Virus record (IMG/VR): IMGVR_UViG_3300032329_000658
Coordinates: 1-37,528 of that record
Source: a virus
Taxonomy: Duplodnaviria; Caudoviricetes
Strand: one strand, 5' to 3'
Length of the DNA stretch: 37,528 bases
Positions 25,210-34,080 of this stretch are shown here, piece after piece (positions within the stretch are counted from its first letter, which is position 1; each line of letters opens with the position of its first letter). The notes below the pieces were generated by a model. It was not told the DNA's origin and ran no database searches. It worked only from the letters and a program-made list of their open reading frames with translations. Made by a program: the position numbers and the translations under genes.

Positions 25210-27483
25210 TTAAAAACTCTGAAGCCTACCAGCAGGCCGTTTCCATATGATTTGTGAATCTATTTGTACATCTTCCGATTGAACTTCGCTAACAAGTTGT
25301 GCATTAGACAGCGTGTACTGTATTGTTAGAAATGCTGCCCTTGTTGAGCAATAAACTCTCTGCAAATATTTACTTCCCGATTGTCCACTGAGTTGACTTT
25401 GATAAGTATTGATTATCGTATTGAAGAATGGATCAGGCAATCCTGTTACTGCGCTAGTATTATCAGGAGACGAATTGGAAGAAGTCGAATCATCGTAGTT
25501 AAGATACATGTTCATTGTGATCTGTCCTGAAGAAGTAGCAGTCATCAGAAGATCTATGAATCCTATCTGTATATTTTGTCCTTGATCTTGATAGTTAAAT
25601 TTCTTGCTAACTATATTGAATCCATCTCTTGTAGCTATAACTCCAGATCCCAAGTAAGTCCCCGTCAAAGGAACAGGATTAATACCGGTAAAATTGTTAG
25701 CGGCAGGATTATAAAGATTTATTGTTATAACATTTTGATTAACTATTCTAACACCGCCTATAACCCCATTTAATGCAAAAAAAGGATCTGCAGAAGATAT
25801 CCCTGATATCTGTATCACTTGATCATTTACTAAGTTATGACTAGGAATAGTCAATTGACCTGATGATATGGCTGTTATAGCTAATGTAGCATCATTTGTG
25901 ACCACGGCATTGAGATTACTATCCAACTCCATTACAAAACCCTGTTGATTTCCTCCTATCAAGTTAGGAAATAAGATAGGCCTATCAGCCCATGGCTCCG
26001 CAGCATCTTCCCATGTCCTTGTCGCTTGAGCCCAAGTCAATCCAGTCTGATTTTGATATACGCCCAATGCAGTTAGAGAATCTGTGAATATAGCCCATGA
26101 CTCATTTTCATAGTTATACACAAGACGACGATTGGGATATACGCTAGTTGAATTTTGTCCTATAGCCTGATTCGCTACGGTGTTATCCACATAAGACCAA
26201 AAAACTACTCTCTGTTGTATATCTCTAATTCCGCATACTCTTTGAGGAGCTTGATTGTTTCCTGAGAATTCAAACACTAAATCAGGAATTTTTACATCAA
26301 TTCTCCTAGCAGCATTAGTGTTACAATCTACAACTCCCTTGTCTCCAATTCCAGTCAATGATTCATCGAACTGGACTGCACTAAATAAAGAATAAGAGCC
26401 AAGTTCGCTGTTGACTCTTTCTATCTGAAATGGAGAGATTGACCTTCCAGTGTAACGTAATTGCCATGTGCTTCTTTCGCAATACACTACTAAGTTGTCT
26501 CTTACAAATCCAACAGCGGTTATATCTTCTGAAGTAGGAATATCAAGAAATCCTCCCTGTCCACGTATGGTATCATTCCATGAATTAGTAGTTAATGGAC
26601 TACCAATAGCAGACCATCTAATCCTTTGAGGATATGAAGTTCCGTTAGTTGGTACATATTGAACTGCTCCCTCCACTGTATTAAAAGCTAACAATCTTCC
26701 TCTAAATGGAAGTAGAGCCAAGCATGACTGAAGGAAAAGAGATCCGTCAACAGTAGGAGAAAAGTTAGTCCAAGTTACATTATTATAATATCTTATAGGA
26801 TCATTCGATGAGAAATTCGTGACCCACATAAGTTTATTAGGCGGTGTGTTACCATCAGTCCAATAATTAGTAGACCAGAAAAAGTTATAATTCGCACCTG
26901 TCCATGTAGTAGGTGTGGAACTAGCTAATTGTTGATACGTAATACCATTGAATATGTAAGCATATTTTGTATCAAAAACAATAGTAGGCTCGTTGTCAAC
27001 TAAATTTACTTCTTGCGTTCTAATTCCCATTACAGGAAGCATAGGATATGCAAAGAATGTACCTGTTATAGGTTGATTTGCTCCAGCTGTAATAGTCAAT
27101 AATCCAGTAGAATAATTTATGCTGCCACCAACTCCTGTACCACCAGTAGCAACTAGAACACCATCCAACGCAGGATCTGTATATGTTGTTCCGTCTGATC
27201 CTCCTACTATGTTTATAGTACCAGGGACTATCTGAGCATTCGAAGGAAGAGACAACGCCGTTACGAGATTTATAGATCCTGAAGTAAGACTGTTCCCATT
27301 AACACTAAATGAAAGCTGTAATCTACCTAATAAGCTAAGTCCTGATCTTCTCCTTATCTGTTCTCTCCATACAAACGCGTTCTCCAAAATAGGATATGCA
27401 TCATCTGGCAATATGAAATTCTGCCTCGACTGTATCAAACCTTGCTCAGGAGCTCGAATGTATAAAGGTTCGTATGGTGTCAT
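25210..27483 (-). CDS. Tail nozzle / packaged-DNA stabilisation protein (beta-propeller)
   Basis: 757 aa; EN...IRRRSG N-terminus, FRGRLLAFN, RIRWSAIG, EDITA motifs typical of P22 gp10 / T7 tubular-B-like proteins. Confidence 0.85.
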   Translation of the reverse strand: MTPYEPLYIRAPEQGLIQSRQNFILPDDAYPILENAFVWREQIRRRSGLSLLGRLQLSFSVNGNSLTSGSINLVTALSLPSNAQIVPGTINIVGGSDGTTYTDPALDGVLVATGGTGVGGSINYSTGLLTITAGANQPITGTFFAYPMLPVMGIRTQEVNLVDNEPTIVFDTKYAYIFNGITYQQLASSTPTTWTGANYNFFWSTNYWTDGNTPPNKLMWVTNFSSNDPIRYYNNVTWTNFSPTVDGSLFLQSCLALLPFRGRLLAFNTVEGAVQYVPTNGTSYPQRIRWSAIGSPLTTNSWNDTIRGQGGFLDIPTSEDITAVGFVRDNLVVYCERSTWQLRYTGRSISPFQIERVNSELGSYSLFSAVQFDESLTGIGDKGVVDCNTNAARRIDVKIPDLVFEFSGNNQAPQRVCGIRDIQQRVVFWSYVDNTVANQAIGQNSTSVYPNRRLVYNYENESWAIFTDSLTALGVYQNQTGLTWAQATRTWEDAAEPWADRPILFPNLIGGNQQGFVMELDSNLNAVVTNDATLAITAISSGQLTIPSHNLVNDQVIQISGISSADPFFALNGVIGGVRIVNQNVITINLYNPAANNFTGINPVPLTGTYLGSGVIATRDGFNIVSKKFNYQDQGQNIQIGFIDLLMTATSSGQITMNMYLNYDDSTSSNSSPDNTSAVTGLPDPFFNTIINTYQSQLSGQSGSKYLQRVYCSTRAAFLTIQYTLSNAQLVSEVQSEDVQIDSQIIWKRPAGRLQSF

Positions 27484-28569
27484 TTAGTACCATCCATAAT
27501 TACCCCATTGGTTCTGTGCATTGCCATTCCCTTGGCTACTAGCAAAAATCGTCTGATTTCTTGAGTTTATTTCTTCAGTACCTTGCCTTTCTAATACAAG
27601 TGCTTCTTGCCTTTTGAATCCTTCCATTAGGTTAGCTAAACCCTGTACATCCTGTCTTTGACGCATGATCTCGCAAGAAGTTGCGAACGCCAAATATTTA
27701 GTCCATTGATTTAGTATAGGGCTATCTGTACTAAGCATGAACTGTACTGGAGTTAAGTACGTTTCAATTTCTACCTTATGAATTAGCTTGGGAACAGGTC
27801 GGATAGTAAATTCATTATTCCAGAATAGAAGACTATAAGGCCTTCCTGTTTGATACTGAGAAACCCATAATGTCATCTGTTGACCAGTAATAGGAGTCAC
27901 ACCAACAGGAGCAAAATTAATAGCAAAAACACCTGTCACGTAATTAACTGTTCCAACATATTCTTGAGTATATAGTCCAGGATTTTGCGTGTTCTTGTTG
28001 ATCATACCTGGAACTACGGTTGGATTATTTGGAATATTCGTATTAGGATAATTCGGCTGGCTTATTACAGGATTTGGCACTTGCATATATAGATTGCCAT
28101 TTCCATCATCCGTAACACTTATTGCCGATCCTGAATTGTCAACTCCACCCAACACCACTTCTTTACTTAAAAAAGGACCAGGAATGGTAAAATTGAATAC
28201 CTGTGTAACTCCATCGCCTGTAATAGGCGTGAACTTAGTTGGCCATCTAGGCCACATAGAATAAAACTCAGTCCTGTCCTTGAAAAAAGTCCCCTGAATG
28301 CCCTCGACAAACATTGGAGCCCTGACCCCTTGATTGTAGTTAACGTCCAAGGGATAGCGGTCTATATAAGGTTGTGTGTAGAATGTATATACGTTACGAA
28401 GCACGTCTAACTTTATAGCGTATGGGAAATCCGACATGTAAATGTCGTTCACAGTCTGTTGAATATCCGCAGAAGGAAGTGCCTGCTCGCTTGCCGATGC
28501 GGTTAGTCTTCTTACAAGAAGCTCTATTTGAGAGTATGTGTTATTGGCAGGAGCGACCGGACTAGCCAT
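27484..28569 (-). CDS. Head-tail adaptor protein
   Basis: VRRLT...IN-like N-terminus, TIRPVP, YLAFAT; directly upstream of the nozzle. Confidence 0.75.
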   Translation of the reverse strand: MASPVAPANNTYSQIELLVRRLTASASEQALPSADIQQTVNDIYMSDFPYAIKLDVLRNVYTFYTQPYIDRYPLDVNYNQGVRAPMFVEGIQGTFFKDRTEFYSMWPRWPTKFTPITGDGVTQVFNFTIPGPFLSKEVVLGGVDNSGSAISVTDDGNGNLYMQVPNPVISQPNYPNTNIPNNPTVVPGMINKNTQNPGLYTQEYVGTVNYVTGVFAINFAPVGVTPITGQQMTLWVSQYQTGRPYSLLFWNNEFTIRPVPKLIHKVEIETYLTPVQFMLSTDSPILNQWTKYLAFATSCEIMRQRQDVQGLANLMEGFKRQEALVLERQGTEEINSRNQTIFASSQGNGNAQNQWGNYGWY

Positions 28570-28571
28570 GA

Positions 28572-29171
28572 CTACTCCTTATATTTCCTATAAGTTTTTG
28601 AATGACATGATTTACACAACCACTGTACTTCAAACGGTTTAGAATAGTCTTCATGGTGAGCCTCCGGCTTACATTCTTTATCACAACTTTGGCATTTATT
28701 CGGTCTAATAATTCTATTTTTTTCACTTATCCCCTCTCTGGTAAAGTTTCGAATTAATTCTCTAGCTTTCCATTTTTCAGGGTTTTTTAATCTACTTCGT
28801 TCGGTCATCAGTTTAGATTTTTCGGGATTGTTTTTTCTCCATTCCCTAATCTTAATTTTTTTTACTTCTAAATACTTTTCAGATCTTCTTTTTTGCAAAG
28901 ATTTTATTCTTAATTTATCTTTATTTTTCTCTCTGTAATTCCTTCCGTTCTCTGCGCATTTTTCAGGATTGTTTTCTCTAAATCTTTTCTGATTTGCTCT
29001 TGTTTTATCCCTATTCTTAGCAGACCATTCTTTAGTTCTCTCCTTTATGCGATCTTTATTTTCTAATCGGTATCGTATGCAATTTTCTTTTTCTCTTTCT
29101 AAATTATTTTCTCTCCATCTTCTGGCTCTTTTTCTTGCTTTTTCCTTGCTTTCTTCACTCACATTTCTCAT
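28572..29171 (-). CDS. HNH-like endonuclease with basic helical repeats
   Basis: R/K/E repeats (WRENN, FRENNPEK); C-term CQSC...EAHHEDYSKPFEVQWLCKSCH. Confidence 0.8.
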   Translation of the reverse strand: MRNVSEESKEKARKRARRWRENNLEREKENCIRYRLENKDRIKERTKEWSAKNRDKTRANQKRFRENNPEKCAENGRNYREKNKDKLRIKSLQKRRSEKYLEVKKIKIREWRKNNPEKSKLMTERSRLKNPEKWKARELIRNFTREGISEKNRIIRPNKCQSCDKECKPEAHHEDYSKPFEVQWLCKSCHSKTYRKYKE

Positions 29172-29201
29172 ATAATGCTCCTTTTTTAGAGCATTATATC
29201 A
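29170..29201 (-). promoter_or_regulatory. 11-bp RBS-sequestering hairpin containing a consensus extended -10
   Basis: TG-ATATAATGCTC-TAAAAAAG-GAGCATTATAT-G. Confidence 0.8.
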
Positions 29202-29223
29202 TAAAAAACTAATAACACGTATG

Positions 29224-29637
29224 TTAAAATTCTGCTGAATAGAATCTATGGATTTGCTCTGCGCTTCCATCCATTTTTGTAGGATTGCCTTGCACATCTA
29301 AAATGTCACTTCTTTTAGCCAATCCAGGATTTCCATTAACTTCATCAACTAATCCTTGAGGAACTAAGTACACATGGTTGTGAATGCATCTCCACATCTG
29401 TATATTTTCCCCAGCAAAATGCATGTAAGGCTTGCACATCTGCTCTACTCCACCACGGGAATTTACATATCTTGCTTTTACTAACTTTGCATCTTTGGCC
29501 TTCAGCTTTTTCATCTGCTCTCTATCTGCTTCTTTGAAGTTAGAGAAATTTTTATCTGGCACTGAATTTGCCAATTGATTAATCAATCCGTGTTGTTCTC
29601 CATTAGGGAGATCGTATGTTTGTTTTACTTCTTGCAT
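29224..29637 (-). CDS. Hypothetical phage head-region protein
   Basis: GGAG SD; 137 aa. Confidence 0.75.
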   Translation of the reverse strand: MQEVKQTYDLPNGEQHGLINQLANSVPDKNFSNFKEADREQMKKLKAKDAKLVKARYVNSRGGVEQMCKPYMHFAGENIQMWRCIHNHVYLVPQGLVDEVNGNPGLAKRSDILDVQGNPTKMDGSAEQIHRFYSAEF

Positions 29638-29672
29638 TTAGGGCTCCGTTGTTTTTACTTATTCACTCTTTA

Positions 29673-30059
29673 CTAATTACCAAAATTTGCTCCATTCACC
29701 GCATGAAATGGCAGGTGAACGTATTCATATGTATTCTTGCTTCCTTGTGAGGATACAGTAGCTGGTTGCTCTGTTGTCACTCCTGATGGCGTAACGAAGG
29801 GATCAAATTGAGTACTATTGATCGCCACCGTGAATATTAAGTTAGTTACGTCTACTCCTACTATATTCCCTGTAAGTCCGTTCGCTTGGAACATTCCGTA
29901 AGGGAAAGGGATACTGAAGTAAATGTTCTGACCAACTATGTAGTTATTTGGCGTCGTAACTGTGACTACCATTTGTGTTGCTTGTGTAATCGCTGATATC
30001 ACTAGGAAATGTGGGACGAACGTTTGTCCGACTAAGTAAGTGTTGTTTCCTTGTGTCAT
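29673..30059 (-). CDS. Structural protein with E1-FCCH-like beta domain
   Basis: ISAITQATQMVVT...YIVGQ..YFSIP..YGM.Q.NG...IV...FTVAINSTQF. Confidence 0.7.
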   Translation of the reverse strand: MTQGNNTYLVGQTFVPHFLVISAITQATQMVVTVTTPNNYIVGQNIYFSIPFPYGMFQANGLTGNIVGVDVTNLIFTVAINSTQFDPFVTPSGVTTEQPATVSSQGSKNTYEYVHLPFHAVNGANFGN

Positions 30060-30087
30060 ATTTTGTTCCTAAACAAAGACGATTGCT

Positions 30088-30112
30088 TAAATAAACCCCT
30101 CCGAAGAGGGGT
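30088..30112 (-). terminator. Rho-independent terminator with cUUCGg tetraloop after the capsid genes
   Basis: ACCCCTC-TTCG-GAGGGGT-TTATTT. Confidence 0.85.
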
Positions 30113-30122
30113 AAGAACTTAA

Positions 30123-31145
30123 CTACGCATTAGATTGATATTCAGTAACAGGAGCCTTCCATGCTTGCCAAATGATCACATCTGAAGTCTGACCAGCTGG
30201 GCCGTTTACGCCTGCTGCAAGACTCATTAGAGGGAACTGTTGGGAAGATCTAAATGGAGCCTTATTAATGTCATATCCAGTGTATGTTTGTAGCAATGGA
30301 TTGTATTGAGTGCTAGATCCTTGTGGAGCTACAGTTGCAAACAATGGAGCAGTTGGAGACGCAGTAGACGCAGGGAATGCGAATGCTGTGAATGCAGAGC
30401 TGTTTACATTGATTGTGAACTGATATGCTGCATAGTTAACAGCAGTTACAATTGCAGGAATTCCATTAAGATTTTCAGAATTTAATTGAGTCATTCCGAA
30501 AGAGCTTGGAATCTGGAACACAAGCTTTTGACCTACGTATACAAGGCTAGTAGGATCAACGGAAACAGTTACTACTGCTTGCGCTGCTTGGGATACTGCT
30601 GTTACATACATAAACTCAGGAACTACAGGATTGAAAGGAGAAATCTTTCTCGCTTTGAATGCTGATGCTGCTGTTGCAAATCCAGAAGAATTAAGTCCGA
30701 TAAGCGTAAATCCACTTCCTGATACTGAAGAAACAGTAAAGGACATGCCACCAATCTGAGCCATTCCTGTTGTTCCGTAAAGAACAACTCTATCACCATT
30801 ACTAAAGGTGTTAGTTGCTGCTGCTACTGCGCTAGATGCTTGGCTGATTGTTGTTCCTGTAATCGCAGCTGCTGGAGCTGGATAATCAGTAACATATGTA
30901 AATCCACCTGAGGAAATTAATGTTGTTCCAACAGCATGAGTTGTATCAGACTTGAAGCTTTCAAGAGCTGCCCCAGCTGGGAATGATGGGTTACCTAACC
31001 ACTCAAATTTAACACCAACAGCTGTCGTTTGAGAAGCAGCGGCTTGAGTTTGGTTAAACGTTACGAAATAATCTGCACCTTCAGGAAGAGGTATATTAAC
31101 CGCTGCTCCTGATGATACGAAAGAACCTTGTACGAACATAGTCAT
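30123..31145 (-). CDS. Capsid decoration / minor capsid protein with two FCCH-like domains
   Basis: Immediately after the MCP with AAGGAG SD; ISQASSAV...GM.QI and VSQAAQAVVT...GMTQLN repeats. Confidence 0.7.
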   Translation of the reverse strand: MTMFVQGSFVSSGAAVNIPLPEGADYFVTFNQTQAAASQTTAVGVKFEWLGNPSFPAGAALESFKSDTTHAVGTTLISSGGFTYVTDYPAPAAAITGTTISQASSAVAAATNTFSNGDRVVLYGTTGMAQIGGMSFTVSSVSGSGFTLIGLNSSGFATAASAFKARKISPFNPVVPEFMYVTAVSQAAQAVVTVSVDPTSLVYVGQKLVFQIPSSFGMTQLNSENLNGIPAIVTAVNYAAYQFTINVNSSAFTAFAFPASTASPTAPLFATVAPQGSSTQYNPLLQTYTGYDINKAPFRSSQQFPLMSLAAGVNGPAGQTSDVIIWQAWKAPVTEYQSNA

Positions 31146-31155
31146 AATAATCTCC

Positions 31156-32127
31156 TTATTGCGCGATGGCAGTTGTTACGTTCAGTCCAGAGATCCAGTT
31201 TTGGTTTGTAATTGCACGAGCAATAGCAAACTTAGCGTATAGTTGGCTGTTCTGAGCAACGGAAGAGACGACATAAGGAGGTCTATATCCGAGGATTGCT
31301 GAATAACCGTTCTGATCGATCTTGGCAGCAGCTTCCATACCATACATAGGAATAGTATAGACTGTTTGTCCTGATGGTTGGGAAATGCCTGGAATCTTTG
31401 CGCCTTTAGAAGAAACAAAGAAACGGAATCTAGATACAGAGCAATATTCCTCTGGTCTTAGTCCTTCTTGATGTGGGTACGCATTCTTTAACAATACGCC
31501 CTGTACGTTCTGAAGATCAGAAACAATATCAGTGGACGCTAGAGCAATGAATGCATCTCTTGTTGGGGCTGTACCAAATTTAAGGTCAGCATCAATTCCT
31601 TCGAGCATTGTACGTGCATCATTACCAAGGAGAATTCTCTCAATGTTGTTGATGTCAGCACGTGAAATCTCAGAAGGCTGCTGTCCGTTAACTCCACCAA
31701 CTGCGTTGATGTAGGATACAGAAGAAGCGTAAAGATCTCTCATTAGAAGATCTTCTTTCTCTCTCATCCACTGTCCAAGCAACGCTGTGAACTTGGTAAG
31801 AACTTTGTCGTTTTCGAACAATGTTACTTGCTCGTTAATAACTACAGTCTTAGCATAAATCTCAGTTGTTGCATCGACATCAGTACGAGTTACAACTTCA
31901 GGAGAAGGATCAATACCTGAACCGTCTAGTTGTCCGCCTGCTGTGGATAATCTTTCGTATCTTGACATACGAGTTGTCTTGCCGATATGAGCGTCGGCGT
32001 AATGTAAATCTGCCCCGAAGGAGTGAATAAGATTAAACATTGGAGTCGAAAGTAGGTCTTCAGAAAACTGAAGAGGCAACTCTGGACTCATATTATTTAT
32101 GTTAGTTATGCCAGTCGTAGAAGACAT
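31156..32127 (-). CDS. Major capsid protein (N4-gp56-like family)
   Basis: 323 aa; GKTTRMSRYERL, EDLLMRD, DLQNV.G...YP, EYCSVSRFRFFVSS; follows the scaffold gene. Confidence 0.85.
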   Translation of the reverse strand: MSSTTGITNINNMSPELPLQFSEDLLSTPMFNLIHSFGADLHYADAHIGKTTRMSRYERLSTAGGQLDGSGIDPSPEVVTRTDVDATTEIYAKTVVINEQVTLFENDKVLTKFTALLGQWMREKEDLLMRDLYASSVSYINAVGGVNGQQPSEISRADINNIERILLGNDARTMLEGIDADLKFGTAPTRDAFIALASTDIVSDLQNVQGVLLKNAYPHQEGLRPEEYCSVSRFRFFVSSKGAKIPGISQPSGQTVYTIPMYGMEAAAKIDQNGYSAILGYRPPYVVSSVAQNSQLYAKFAIARAITNQNWISGLNVTTAIAQ

Positions 32128-32242
32128 GATAAACCTATCATTAAAGTAATTGATCTTGTTTATGTTGTTAGCGAAACAACTTAAAATCAGCTACCTTCAC
32201 GAGAGGCTTATCAGTGAGGGGTGACGAATCCCGAATGCAGTC
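32126..32242 (-). promoter_or_regulatory. Capsid leader with three UCG-loop hairpins and a start-codon hairpin
   Basis: GGG-ATTCGTCA-CCC, CCT-CTCGTGA-AGG, GTTGTT-TCGCT-AACAAC; ATGATA-GGTT-TATCAT(G). Confidence 0.6.
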
Positions 32243-32272
32243 CTAAAGAAATCATTTATGCATAATTAAAAT

Positions 32273-32974
32273 TTAAACGTCAACTCCTTTGTCTCTAAAT
32301 TCATTAAATATTATTGACAACGGCCTCTTAGGTATTCCCAGTTCCTTTTCTATAAATTTACATTTCATGCCTTTTCTCCTAAGATCTAAAGCCTTATCCT
32401 TTATTTCCTGAGGATATTTCGTTGCAGTACTTCTGCCCCTAGCTGACTTGTCATTTGCATTATCTTGATTACTTCCCAAATAAAGATGCTTAGGATTGCA
32501 GCAAATTGGATTGTCACACATATGTAGAACGCACATGCCTTTAGGTATTTCTCCTTTATGAACTATCCAGGAAGCTCTATGAGCTAACATCATTGCATTC
32601 TTATACCTGATAAGTCCATAACCTGTTTGATTCTTCCCTTCCTTATCTAGTGAGGTTGAGTTTGTTTTATATTCTGGTTGCCATTCTAAACAACCATCTT
32701 TCCACTTAGTTTTTTCTTCTAATCTCATTCTTAAATTTTCATTATAATCCTGCAACTTCATCTTTTTTATTTGTATGGATTTGAATTGACTGGTAGTACA
32801 TCCGCAACTCTTAGACGATCCTCTTCTTAATGAAGATCCTGCTGTGATTATTTCATTCCCACAATCACATTTGCATTTCCACATAGCTCTAAACTCGCCT
32901 TGCTTTTTAACTTGATATAATGCTGTCAAGATTCCAAACTTTTGTCCTGTAATATCTACTACTCTTTTGTCCAT
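32273..32974 (-). CDS. HNH homing endonuclease
   Basis: DITGQKFG.LT, WKCKCDCGN, SCGC, CLEW, AHRASW, VLHMCDNPICCNPKHLYLGSNQDN..D; promoter TTGATA-N17-TAATAT upstream. Confidence 0.92.
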   Translation of the reverse strand: MDKRVVDITGQKFGILTALYQVKKQGEFRAMWKCKCDCGNEIITAGSSLRRGSSKSCGCTTSQFKSIQIKKMKLQDYNENLRMRLEEKTKWKDGCLEWQPEYKTNSTSLDKEGKNQTGYGLIRYKNAMMLAHRASWIVHKGEIPKGMCVLHMCDNPICCNPKHLYLGSNQDNANDKSARGRSTATKYPQEIKDKALDLRRKGMKCKFIEKELGIPKRPLSIIFNEFRDKGVDV

Positions 32975-33027
32975 ATTTACTCCTTTTAGATATGAACATA
33001 TTACACAGATTTACACATAATATCAAT

Positions 33028-33061
33028 AAAAAAGAGAGGTACGATTTTTACACGCCCTCCC
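33028..33061 (-). terminator. Probable terminator after the scaffold gene
   Basis: GGGAGGGCG-TGTAAAAA-TCGTACCTCTC-TTTTTT (imperfect stem). Confidence 0.55.
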
Positions 33062-33095
33062 AACCTCTGACTACGCATGGTAGTTGAGATACAAT

Positions 33096-33800
33096 CTAAT
33101 TAGTTCCTTTCCGCATTACTTGTTGCATCCTTTTCCAGTTATCTGCTCGTCTTTGAGCATCAAGAGCGCTTTTAGGAGCCATATCTCCACTTTGTGTTAA
33201 ACCAGGTGTATTCATAGATTGAGGTTTTGCAGTGTTCTTATCAGCTCTGTGCTCATCTTTCTTGCTGTTGTAGTTAGGAATAAGCTTTTTGATTACTTTG
33301 TATGCATCACCAAACTTCTGAATGGAATCAGGTGCTGATTTGAACGCACGATAGATCTCTGGGTGGTGGTGTTCTAAGTAGTCAATATTATCTTGCGAAC
33401 AAACATCGTCAAAGTCACTATGGATCTGTTTCATCTTAAGAGGTATTTCAGCTTGCTCACGTTCTTGTCTTGCCTGTTCTTGCTCGCGTTCTTTTTTGGC
33501 CCACTTTGCTTCTATCAGTTTCTCAAGGCGCTGCTCTTCTGTTTCCTCATGATTGTCATCGTTAAAATTTGCATTGGTTGGATGATGTGGCTGATTTTTT
33601 GATAGAAGAGCTTCCATTGCTGCTTTCAATGCCGACGCTTCTTTCTCTGCTTTTGCCTGCGCTGCACGTGCTTCTTCAGCTTGCTTACGCTCTGCGGCTC
33701 TCTGTTCTCTGAAATTCTTCCAATTGATATCATTTTCAGGTGAAATACCTGGCGTTGTTTGTGGTTGTTCTGGTACTTTTACTTCTTCTGGTATACTCAT
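33096..33800 (-). CDS. Capsid scaffolding protein
   Basis: Charged coiled coil, HSDFDDV motif, upstream of the MCP; AAGGAG SD. Confidence 0.75.
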   Translation of the reverse strand: MSIPEEVKVPEQPQTTPGISPENDINWKNFREQRAAERKQAEEARAAQAKAEKEASALKAAMEALLSKNQPHHPTNANFNDDNHEETEEQRLEKLIEAKWAKKEREQEQARQEREQAEIPLKMKQIHSDFDDVCSQDNIDYLEHHHPEIYRAFKSAPDSIQKFGDAYKVIKKLIPNYNSKKDEHRADKNTAKPQSMNTPGLTQSGDMAPKSALDAQRRADNWKRMQQVMRKGTN

Positions 33801-33816
33801 GGAGGGCTCCTTTAAA

Positions 33817-34080
33817 ATGTCTACTGAAACTGTTTGTATTAATTCTGACGAACTTAAAAAAAATCTAGCTCATTACAGGAAATTGATGGATTTTATGGCT
33901 TGCAACGTTCCCATTTCCGTTCTGTGCCTTCCCATAGCGATCGAGAATGCTCTTACTAGAGCTGGGTGTGTTCAAGTCTACGATCTTATTGACCGTGATC
34001 TTACTAAAATCAAAGGTATCGGATCCGAGAGACTTGGTGTTATCGCCGCTCGCTTGGATGAGAGCGGGTTTATGCTTTAG
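33817..34080 (+). CDS. RNA polymerase alpha-CTD-like (HhH) protein on the antisense strand
   Basis: PISVLCLPIAIENALTRAGCVQVYDLIDRDLTKIKGIGSERLGVI aligns by eye to the alpha-CTD pattern PxxxLxLxxRxxNxLxxxxIxxxxDL...LxKxxxxGxxxLxxI; GGAGG SD. Confidence 0.75.
   Translation: MSTETVCINSDELKKNLAHYRKLMDFMACNVPISVLCLPIAIENALTRAGCVQVYDLIDRDLTKIKGIGSERLGVIAARLDESGFML

Noticed and set aside
32160-32242. CRISPR mini-array
   Set aside because: The units share only short CTG/TCG motifs, with no identical repeats, no spacers and no cas genes.
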